From Takakia lepidozioides (taxonomy: Eukaryota; Plantae; Bryophyta), in NCBI GenBank assembly GCA_030704615.1, contig CM060731.1, positions 58,900,001 to 58,964,000 of the forward strand: a stretch of DNA of 64,000 nt, in the 5' to 3' direction. Positions within the stretch are counted from its first letter, which is position 1. Each line of letters starts with the position of its first letter. The notes under the pieces were generated by a model, which ran no database searches, was not told the DNA's origin, and saw only the letters and a program-made list of their open reading frames with translations. Positions 36,657-47,384 of the stretch are shown piece by piece. The position numbers and the translations under genes were made by a program.

Positions 36657-39600
36657 ATGAAGAGAGTGAGAGGAATGGAAGAAATCAGGGTGAAGAGCAC
36701 CACAATCCTGCAGAAACAAACGATTGCTACTCCACAGGCGGTACAGTTACTGAAGGAGCTGCGATTGCAAGGATTGCAAAGCAAAGATTGGACATTGCAC
36801 CATAGACAGTACATGTTACAATTCTTGCAGAACTTTGAGCCTAGGACAGGAGCAACAACGGTGAAGGGAGTTGAATTAGAAATTACTCCCCTATACCTAC
36901 AACAATTGTTTCAATTGCCAGCAGGTCAGGTGCATGTGGAGGAGCACAGGGCAAGACTGCAAATAGGGGACTTATTCCAAGAAGGGAGTTTCTTTAAAAC
37001 TCAGGGTTATGCTTGTACCAAGGCCGTGTACCCAGGGCTAAAGGAGGTAGGCCAGGTATTGAACGTTCTGTTTGCCATGAAACAGAACCAACAGTATTTG
37101 AGCAGATCCTTCACAGAGGAAATACTCAAAGCCCTGAGAGGAGAAGAGGTAGAATTTATAAATGTACAACGCACTGGTAGAGGAGATGAAAAGATTACAG
37201 GGTACTGCCGCAAAGTCTCCTATCATAGTGTCTGGCCCAATCATTGCTCAAATAATTCTTGATTCTGGCATACTTGATGCTCGAGAAAGAAAGGAGATGA
37301 GAGTGTTTGAGCCAGAAACCACTGCAATGGAAGAGCAAGGCTCTTCACACAGTGAGGGTGGACTGGCAGGGCAACCCCAAACTAAGAGACAGAGGCGGGG
37401 AAAGACTGTAGTGGCGGATCCACTGGCTTCACGGAATCCGCATGATAATGTTTCCCAAGCTCTTGTGCAGGAAGGGGCACAGCAGCACAGAGAACTGCTA
37501 TTACTGAAGCAGGACCTTCAGAGAGGGAAGAGGAAGTTACTTCAGTATCACAGCCATCACAGCCAGATGATCGGCTTGTCACAGAGTTACCACAAGTTGT
37601 CCATGCAGTTCCACCAGAAATAATTGATTTGGAAAAAGAAGGGTTAGATATTCCCACTACAGAACAGGTGGTGGCAGAAATTGAGAAGGGGGACCTTCTC
37701 TATGAATATTCTGGTATGGTCAAGGACACAGTGATTCCGGAGGTGCAACGGTTGTCCAGGGGAAACCCTGCGGTGCATATAATACACACACCTGTGACGG
37801 AGGTACCACAGGTAGAATGTCAAGACACTGCAGCACCGGTGACGGATGAAGTGGTTCAGGAAGAAAATCTGGTGGGGCAATGGCCTGAGTGGTTCGTAAG
37901 GCATCACACTGTTGAGGATCAGGGAGAACAGCAGCAAGCTCACCAAGATGACCCTCAACAGGCCATGCTTATGAGTTCCATAAGCAGGACACTTAATTTG
38001 TTGGGTACTTATGTCAAATCCCATGTTCCCACTACTCAATTGGCAGCTTTGAGGGAGGAACTCAGGAAGGAGTTTGAGGCTCGACTTGCCACAGAGTGTG
38101 CAAACAAGGTCGATGAAGAGGTCACTCTCAAGATGCAGCAAGACTTGGAGAGTACAGAAGCGGCTTTGCAATTGGCCAAGGAACAATTGATTGAGGCAGG
38201 CCTCGCGCAAGACCACTTGCACGAAGCACATAAGCAACAGCTATACCAAATGCAGGTGAAGCATGAAAGCAAGTTGCAAGAAGTGAATGCACTACATACG
38301 GAGTTGCAGACAGTGCATGACAGGATGGCCATACAATGTGCTACACTCACAACTATGCTTGACCAATCTACAAAAGAAATAAACAGTCAAGCGGAAAGAT
38401 GTACGAAGGCAGAGGCAGAGAATGTTGAGCAAGTGAAACTCATTGTCGATATGAAGAATACAATCTGTCGCAATGAGGATACTTTCAAGCAATACAGGCA
38501 GGTTGAAGCTGACCAAGAGAGGCACATCCTGGAGTTGCAACAAACGGTCATGGCCAATAGAAATGAAATCTCTGTCACTAACAAGGCTTGGAAGGAAGCC
38601 AATAATCTGCTTGCTGCCTATGCGAATTGGTTGAACCTCATGCGAAGCGCATGGAGGCTTTACAACAGCAGTTAGATATGTACAAACTCAGAGAGGAGCA
38701 GACTCTCAGAGGTACCACAAGCAACTTGGTGGATAACCACCTTATGCAGGTCTGGTTAGCACAAGGGCCAGTGGAGGGCAAAGCACCACGAAAGCTCACC
38801 CAAAGCGAGATGAATGAGCTCAGACTGCAAGTGCAGAACATTGCCACAACTACTATAGACAATGTCTATAGTAGGATAGCGGAGTTACAGGAGGATGTAG
38901 ACGGCCTGCAGACTCAAGTGGAGGACCTCACTTCAAATATCGACAAGAGAGTCTGTGTACCTGAGGAACAGCTAATGGCTTCTTATTTAAAAGCGAAACT
39001 TTGGCTTTTCAGTCTTCTTCACAGGAGGTGCAGGAGATGCCAATGGTACAAGAGCCAGTGCCACCAACACCACAACAAGTCACTGTGCCAGTAGCTGACC
39101 CTGTTGTTACTACAGCCACACCACAGCCACCACAGCCTGAGGTATGGGGGAATGCTGCTTTTAACCCACCTAAAACTCCAGCTGCAAGGGAGTACAGTAG
39201 GGCTATGATTATGCCCTTCAACCAAATTCCCATTGTGTTGGATTTGGCTTGGAAAGAATTTAGTCCTCCGCAGTCATTGGCACATTACTATCAAATCATG
39301 CGCATTTGGCTGCCAGTGGCAACTAGAACTAAGGTTCTTCCAAACAATCGACCCATTGAGGATCATCACTTTGCGCAGTACTGGCATGAGGCAAGTACCA
39401 TGTTGAAGGAATTAATTGCCTTCCAAGTTGTACATGGATTCATTTATACCAAGACCAAGGAGGTAGCAAGTATTGTCATGGGCTGCGGGTTATACTACGC
39501 TGCTTGTTTTCTGGTACGTTATCACATTGAGCAGCACAAGATGCAATCGCGCTTTCTGAGTTATTCCAGTGGGGATCATTGGGTCTTACCTTCAGTGCCA

Positions 39601-40206
39601 CCTCATATGTACCTATATGAGGCAAAAGTTATGATGCAAAAGGATTCTCAAATTCGTTCATGGTTTCATGCGGCCTGGAACAATTTGTCAACACAGAAAT
39701 TCGGCCCTGACGATATTTTCTTTAAGGGACATGAGGCATGGAAATACTTGCACAATTCACAAGTCATTGGTACCCCACTCACCTGGACAGACAAGGAGCT
39801 CAGGGTCTTCACCAATTTTGCCATTCAGCGTTTACAGCAAGTTTTAAAGTTTAAACTTCCAGACATGGTAGGACAACATTGTATGCCCCAGAGGATTCCA
39901 CAAAAAGTTCGGCAGTTAAAACACCTGAGAGGCGATGAGGATTCTGATACAACTGTTTCTTCAGCGGACTCTTTTGACATGGGAGAAGACTATGCAATTC
40001 AGATGGCAGAGAAGAAGCGACGGGGGTCTCCTATGCCTGAAAGATTACCTCGATATCAGCCTCCAGAGGGCCTTACATATCCAGGTAGTGTTCAATCATC
40101 TCCGTCAACCAGTGACAGACCTCGGGCTCGTACACAGAGTCCTTCACGAGACTCTCAACGTCAGAAAGGTGCTCGCTCACAAAGGTTTGCTAATCCCAAT
40201 CAGTAA
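36657..40206 (+). CDS. 3' accessory ORF (~1,150 aa, broken by ~4 frameshifts): Athila-ORF2/Transposase_32-like domain, coiled coil, and unknown C-terminal domain
   Basis: Overlapping + ORFs (tail of 35319-37262, 37162-37623, 37629-38675, 38627-39094, 39001-40206). Pattern QFLQNF..TVKGVELEIT..LQQLFQLP.G...ALRGEEV...GPIIAQI resembles plant-retroelement extra-ORF domains. Heptad-rich E/Q/K/L region at ~38040-38950. Stop lies 21 nt before the PPT. Confidence 0.7.
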
Positions 40207-40227
40207 ACCGTGAGGACACGGCTTTTT

Positions 40228-40241
40228 GAGAGGGGAAGGGG
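40228..40241 (+). promoter_or_regulatory. Polypurine tract GAGAGGGGAAGGGG
   Basis: Purine run 3 nt upstream of the 3' LTR TG. Confidence 0.9.
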
Positions 40242-40244
40242 TAA

Positions 40245-41213
40245 TGTTAGAGGACTGTCTGGGACTTAGACACTTTTACGGGATCTGTGGGGTACCCTTA
40301 ATTTTGCACAGACTGAGACCAACAGGAGCCTTAGGGGTGACAGCAGCGCACTTTAGAAGGGGGTTACACAGCCCGTCACAGCCAACACAGCTCGTCACAG
40401 TCCGACACAGCCCGTCACAGCCAACACAGCCCGTCACAGTCCGACACAGCCCGTCACAGCCCACACAGCCAGACACAGTCGACACAGCCCAACACAGTCG
40501 CACAGCCAGTCACAGCTTGACACAGCTGTCACGACCATAGGGAACGGATAGCAGGACAGGGAACGACTGTGGGGAACAACATCTGCGAATGGAACATGTT
40601 AGTACACGGATGACGGTTAGTGAGGGAAACGGTTAGAACAACGGGTAGGAAGATAAAGCCATGAGCGAGGATAGGAGGGGAATCACTTCTGGGGGAATCA
40701 CTGCTGGAAGGAGTGGGGGAGCACTTCTTGGGGGACTTCGGACATCACTGGGGGAAATGAGGCAGAGAGCGCATCTCTGAGCAGAAAGAGGGAGAGCACG
40801 GAGTAGGAGGAGGACGATTTGTTGATGCTTAATGAATGCAAACAGTAGAATTGTAATGTAGAGCAGATTAGAGACTCCATGGCTTCAGCCTGATACTTGA
40901 TAGATATTAATCTGATACATACTTCATACTCACACTGTGTTGTGAGATCTGAGTGAAGCTGTGGAATGAATGGATGAGTTGATGGAATCCGATAGATTGC
41001 TGAAGCAAACTGATACTTAAATACCAACAGTAAGGTAACTAGCTAACATGAATGCGGGAAGGAAAACAAATAGGAAACACCCCCATGATACACTAGCTGT
41101 AGGTCATGACTGATTGTTCTGAGCGGGCTGAGTGCTTAGAGATTTCCAACTCTTCTATCTTGGAGTTTCCGCCTCGGATAGCGAAGGGATGGGTGAGTAA
41201 AAGCCGCGCGACA
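40245..41213 (+). repeat. 3' LTR (969 bp)
   Basis: Matches the 5' LTR; about 17 CACAG units; followed by TSD AACTT. Confidence 0.97.
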
Positions 41214-41218
41214 AACTT

Positions 41219-42393
41219 AAAGTGGAGAAATGATCCATGACCAGGTCCAATGCTGCACCGTCAAGTTTAGTCCCCACAGAATCCCCTTCACTCAAAATAT
41301 GGCTTTCCAAGAAGGACTTGCTTGCGCCAAGAGCAATTGCAGATGTTGTTGCGGATGGGTTTCTCCCGAACTACTGTTTAATCAACCTCGATACTGTCTC
41401 AACACTCTCCCTGTAATCCCCCTTCGAGACAAGATGGTTATGGAATCCGAAATGCACACAAGCTCTTGTCATTGTTTTCAAACGGTGGACAACATAGTAC
41501 ATTCTTGCTCCGCAGAGCGCCAAGCAGGATGGCACAAGTTTGCAGAATTTGCAGACAAAAGGTTTGCCGGTGGAGAGGCAGTCCCAGGCTGAAATGGATT
41601 TTCCGCCAGACCCTCCCATTCGCTTTGATTATGAACCCCAGACTGAAGAAAATGTCTGCAATTCAAATTATCACACCTAAGGTGTCCATTGCAAACTGTC
41701 CTCCTGAAAACAAGCTTGTCATCATTCTGAATATTGGATGTTTTGTTCTGCACCACGGGTGCCCATCGTGTTTCTTGTCCATTCCATGCATCAAGATTGT
41801 TACACCTCCAACTCGCGGAAGAGGAGGCAGCTCGAATAGGATATCGTCATCAAAAGTCTCCGGCAAGAACTTCACAGGCACCTGCTTCAAAGATTCCCAA
41901 TCAATTCCCCGCAACTCACTTTTGAATCCAGCCATTCATCCCATCGCCCGCAATTTTGGAATGACACTACAAATCTCTTCTTCATCAGCTTCTCCAACCA
42001 CAGTAGGAAGGACTGGATTGGAATTTCACTTATGTCATCATCGGAAGAATCCAAAAGCTCAACGATTGGAGTGGAGGACGTCTGTTCTTTTTTCACCACC
42101 ACCTCTCTCTTGTCTTCAACGACCGAAGCAGCAGTCCCGGGCGTCACATATGACCCAAGGGACTTTCGCCGAGGCTCTCCAAGTACTCTGTATCGACCAA
42201 GACGCACTCTCCACTGGCTGATATGAGCCGTCTCATCACGGTTTTGGAAAGAGTATTTCAACAACTTCCCTTTAAGATCGTACACCTCTTTCTCCAAAAA
42301 GATGGAGCCATTCTGCAGCTGAAAACGGGTAGCCAAGACATGTTCCAGAACAATTGCAAATCTATTGTCAAGGACTTCCTGGAGAAACGGCAC
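41219..42393 (-). pseudogene. 5' part of the interrupted MULE-like transposase, containing a WRKY/GCM1-like zinc DNA-binding domain
   Basis: DGHPW..TSN..FRRTVCNGHLRCDNLNC...CKFC...CLALCGARMY...ACVHFGFHNH across frameshifted ORFs. Removing the LTR element and one TSD restores the frame ...VMDHFSTLSSPNIRHQINALRMGSGIRGYID into ORF 27486-28091. Confidence 0.8.
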
Positions 42394-42699
42394 TGGTTTG
42401 TCGTCAGAGAAGAACTCGCTTCAGAGGAAGCCATCTTCCTCCGCGTACGTTTTCACTCCTTACTATCGCAGATCTAGTGTAAACGTTTATGATGTCTCCA
42501 GAACACAGTTGAAGAATGAACAGAGAATATGGCGGAGGAAGCTCAGACAACGACTGTGCATATTCTGTTATTCTTTCCAGATATGCAGCCGTCCATTTTA
42601 AATTACTTTTCTTGTGGGACCAGTGGTCAGGTATCCCTAGGAGCAGTGTCGGCAGCTGTTAAAACCGTTTAATTAGAAACTCATCAATAAACCCAATCA

Positions 42700-44100
42700 A
42701 AAGCCGACTTCTGGAAGCATGCCCACGGATCTGAGGATGGATTGCAGATAAGTAAATGTATCTTTATAATACCAATGGATCCGCGCCACCTGGAAAGTTC
42801 CAATTGGCCGTGTTTCCTCAATTTTTGCATTAGTAACCATGCCTTGCCCATTACTGGTGGTTTCCATCAAACTCCCGCAAGACGATTAAACACGGCTCAA
42901 CCATATAAACAAAGTTTTCACATTTCTTCCAGAAATCATCGCTGCGAATGCTATTCCAAACTTTTCGACTTTGCCCAAGGACTTGGCTTTTCTGGAGTCC
43001 CGTAATGTCCGTGTGTACGCATTGAGGATGGATGATGCTGTGCTCCAGACTGCTCTTCACGTCACCAACCGATCCCACCATCAGAAGTTAGTGACAAAAG
43101 AGTTTCGCCTGGATTGCGAGGTTGTATTGGGTCGTGCTCCTGCTATTGCCAAAGGGATTGTGGTGTGTGCGGTATGAACGACCACAACAGTTTCGCTCGC
43201 TTGGACAAGTTGTTTTCCACACTGTTCTTTCCCAATCTTCAAAATGAGTCAAGGATATGAGCCAGCACAACTTGATAGTACAATGATGATACGTGCCAAC
43301 AACATGGCAGTTGGTTTCTCATGTAGCGGATTGTCTATGCATATTTGCACGATTCTACTCACTCCACAACCGACCTGTTCGATGAAGTCCGTCAATAGTT
43401 GGCATTGATTAACGTCATCTTCTTCTCGCCGTAGTGTCGACCGATCCCAGAATTGTTCCCCAGCTGGCATATGGGCATGACATTGAACAATGGTCTATGT
43501 TGTGACAGAACTCCAACCATCGGTACATTATCGTGTTTCCATATTTCTGATACACTGCCCATCTTATCGTTGACCTTTGGGTAAGCTCGTCATGGGGTCT
43601 TCTAGCACAATCCTGTGCGGGATTGTATAAGTCGGAGGCACGTATGTGGATCTGGACTCCGAGGTTGCTCTAACAGCGAAACAAATGTCGGAACCTTGCC
43701 ACATTAAATGGATTATGTTGGCTTCGACGGGAAGAAAAACTCCGCCCATTTTTTTATCCAACGTCTTTTTCGCAGACAAGTTAAGACCTTTCTTGCATGG
43801 AGGCTGCCGTAATCCTCTACTCGTTGAAGTGTATGGTTACAAAGGGTGTTGAAGCAGTTGCTCCGGCACAACCACTGTCCAATGATACCCGACAGCCTAC
43901 AAGAGTCGCCCTAGGTACTAAATCGGGGCATCCTGACGGGAAGATGAAGTGTTCGTCAGAGGTCATGTCCAGATCAAAGGACATTGGAATATTGCCTCCA
44001 CACTGGGCAAAGTGGCTTTTTACCCGATAGATGCTTTGGGGATAAACCCACCCCCGCGCTCTTAACACCTTATAGCGAGGTGAGCGAGCACCCGATCATT
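42700..44100 (-). pseudogene. Heavily decayed hAT transposase (DUF659-type)
   Basis: Fragments DGWSS..RPLFNVM, FIEQVG..RIVQICIDN, PGETLLSLTS (degenerate P..TRFATNF position), and IRSDDFWKKCENFVYMVEPCLIVLREFDG match plant DUF659 hAT motifs. Confidence 0.7.
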
Positions 44101-44619
44101 ACGATAAGAACGCTTTAATCCACATATGTTGCAATCAACAATACCAGTGGCACTGACGGTGTTCGGGATTGCCGTATACCAAGGGTCCATTCCTCCCTCT
44201 CTCACCCAATATCACTCCCCGGGACCTAGCGATGCAAGCAACAAAAAACAGTCACCTATAAGAACGTGTTGTGAATGTAGAGTGCAATGCGAAGACAACA
44301 TTCTACACTTGTTAGCAACCTAAGTGGGTCGATGTGGGTTGTAGTGTTGAGCTTATATATAATCTGCTAAAGTGGCTTTGGTGGAAGCCACAACGGCAAA
44401 AATGTGCGCACTCTCTCTTGGGTACACTCTCGTCAATGGAAAAGAACATCCAAAGCAACCTCAAGTGTTTGCGCAAAAAAACGTGAGGAGCTTGGTGACC
44501 CTCCTCCTTATATATGATCCAAGATGGATGAAAGTGATGAAATGAAAGGAAATGCATAATTTGACGGAAACAATAGGCAACCCAAAAACTGCTATACAAC
44601 CATATTTGTTGTAATTTGA

Positions 44620-46320
44620 AATTAGCGACCGTAATTAAGCGACCGCTAATACTACGGTCCGTATTTTTTTTTTTATGAAAAACAAGCGACCGCCACTACT
44701 GCGGTCGCTTTTATTTCCTTTCATTTTGTGCAATATTGCAGTCACTTCTATTTTGTATATTTTTAAATTTAAGCGACCGCCAAGATAGCGGTCGCTATTT
44801 CTTTTTTTAATTCGAAAAATAGAGCGACCGCCAGTGCGACCGCCAATCTTGCTTTAAAAAAAACACATTTGAAGCGACCGCCAATATGGAGGTCGCTATT
44901 TCTTTTTCTATTTCGAAAAATAAAGTGACCGCCAGTGCGACCGCCAGTGCAACCGCCAATCTTGCTTTAAGAAAAATAAAAATTGAAGCGACCGCCAATA
45001 CGGCGGTCGCTATTTCTTTTTAATTCGAAAAGCAAAGCGACCGCCATAATTGGCGGTCGCGTTCATTTTGAATTTTCAAAAATGTATTTGCCACCGTGCG
45101 ATCGTCAATACGGCAGTCGCTTGTTTTCTTTTTTAAATTAGGCGACCACCAATACGACTGCCAATCTTGTTTTTTTTAAACAATAAATTGAAGCGACCGC
45201 CAGCATAGCGGTCGCTATTTATTTTTTAAATTCGAAAAAATAAGGCGATCGCCAATGCGACCGCCAATCGTGCTTTAAATAAAAACACATTTGAAGCGAC
45301 TGCCAATATGGCGGCGCTTCTTCCTATTTCGAAAAATAAGGCGACCGCCAATCTTGCTTTAAGAAATAAAAAAATTGAAGCAAACGCCAATACGGCGGTC
45401 GCTATTTATTTTTTAATTTTGAAAAAACAAAGCGACCACCATAATTGGCGGTCGCGTTCATTTTGTAATTTTCAAAAATGTATTTGCCACCGTTGCGACC
45501 GCCAATACGGCAGTTGCTTGTTTCTTTTTTAAATTAGGCGACCGCCAATACGACCGCAATCTTTTTTTTTAAACAATAAATTGATTTGAAAAAAATAAAA
45601 AATTTGAAGCGAACGCTAGCATAGCGGTCGCTATTTATTTTTTAAATTCAAAACATAAGGCGACCCCAGTGCGACCGCCAATCTTGCTTTCAAAAAAAAA
45701 ACATTTGAAACGACCGCCAATATGGCAGTCGCTATTTCTTTTTCTATTTCGAAAAATAAGGTGACCGCCTTGCTTTAAAATATATAAATTTGAAGCGACC
45801 GCCAATACGGCGGTCGCTATTTATTTTTTAATTTTGAAAAACAAAGCGACCGCATAATTGGCGGTCGCGTGCATTTTGTTAATTTTCAAAAATGTATTTT
45901 ACCACCGTTGCGACTGCCATACGGGCGTCGCTTGTTTTTTTTTTTTTAAATTAGGCGACCGCCAATACGACCGCCAATCTTGTTTTTTTTTAAAACAATA
46001 AATTGAAGCGACTGCCAGCATAGCGGTCGCTATTTGTTTTTTTAATTCGAAAAATAAGGCGGCAGCCAGTGCGACCGCCAATCTTGCTTTTAAAAAAAAA
46101 ACATTTGAAGCGACCGCCAATATGGCGGTCGCTATTTCTTTTTCTATTTCAAAAAATAAGGCGACCGCCAGTGCGACCGCCAATCTTGCTTTAAAAATAA
46201 AATAAAATTTGAAGCGACCGCCAATACGGCGGTCGCTATTTCTTTTTTAATTTCAAAAAACAAAGCGAATTGGCGGTCGTGTTCATTTTGTTAATTTTCA
46301 AAATGTATTTGCCACCGCCA
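44620..46320. repeat. Array of palindromic GCGACCGCC-N-GGCGGTCGC motifs in A/T tracts, with a ~410-bp higher-order period
   Basis: Dozens of gcgaccgcc/ggcggtcgc motifs; landmark tttcaaaaatgtattt(g)ccaccg recurs at ~45075, 45470, 45885 and 46297. Confidence 0.9.
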
Positions 46321-47384
46321 CCGTGTCGGCGACGTGACTGCTTAAGTGGCACTATTTTACCTGGTATTATTTTTACCAGAATATTCCCCGAACCTGACGT
46401 GACGGAGGTCCCGTCAGCGTCAAGTCCCTCCACATTGAACACATGGGCCTCTCCACATGGACCTGACGCCTGTCAGGTCCTCCAATGGGATGGAGAGGCC
46501 CATGTGTTCAAACATTGTGCCATAGACATGGAAATGTATGGACCACAACGTTCCGAATTTCGTATGTTGGTGCAATCACGGTTGGTGCGCATTATAGACA
46601 ACCACGATGCTACTGTGGAGTTTATTTTCGAGCCTGATATCAGGTGCTCTCTGTGTATGTATCACTATGGAAATCCGAATGGCACGCATAGAGAACCCTA
46701 CACTTCGTTGATTCACCTTTGTGCAACACACATGACCTCGTGGCGTGTAGAGCACAGGTGCTTGGCATGAATTATATTCAATATCATTGCTAAGAGACCA
46801 ATTGCCACACTGGCACCAGCACAATAACATTCATGTGATTGCGAGGAAGACTGATTGCACTGGGGTGTGCATTGTGCCCATTTATGATTGTTGCATGGAA
46901 TGGTATGTACGGGGTGTTACCAATTTCCTTTACATGCAGTTCTTGGCTTGCTTGTATATGCAATGTAGGCATGTGTTGCATGCATGGAGCTACATTGAAA
47001 TACCCCAGTTACCAGAGCTTGTCAGCATATACTTGTTGAAACAGTCCTAGTCTTCAGTATTGGGCATTATGTCACTGCACAATACATGTAAGCAAGGAAA
47101 CGGAACAATAATGTGGCACTGTGAAGTGAGTGTGAGCAGATTGTGGGGCAACGGGGATCCCATTGGCTGCCATCATGTTGAACAACATGCCCTTGAATCG
47201 AAAACATTAGAGAGAAGGAAGAGACATCCTGAAATAGCATACCCCAATGTAGAGAAGGGCTGACTGGGGGTAGGAAAGAGGGACTGAAGCGAACTTGCAA
47301 AACAAAGCAGAGAACGTGCATTGACGGTCGGAAATGTGCTGCCTGTAAGAAGCTGTGTCCACAACTAAAACAGGCAGCAAATGA

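Larger units (their letters stand above)
28126..41213 (+). mobile_element. Full-length Ty3/Gypsy LTR retrotransposon, non-chromovirus (Athila/Selgy/Phygy-like), 13,088 bp
   Basis: TGTTA...CGACA LTRs; 5-bp TSD AACTT (28121-28125 and 41214-41218); PBS; PPT; gag-PR-RT-RH-IN order; no chromodomain and no second (archaeal-type) RNase H seen. Confidence 0.97.

Noticed and set aside
28126-41213. Classification as Tat/Ogre, chromovirus, or env-bearing retrovirus
   Set aside because: No additional RNase H, no chromodomain, and no clear signal peptide or TM segment in the 3' ORF.
44620-46320. Palindromic repeats with spacers resembling CRISPR/REP arrays, and ORFs over them
   Set aside because: The spacers are recurring A/T tracts in a higher-order repeat; the ORFs are repeat translations.
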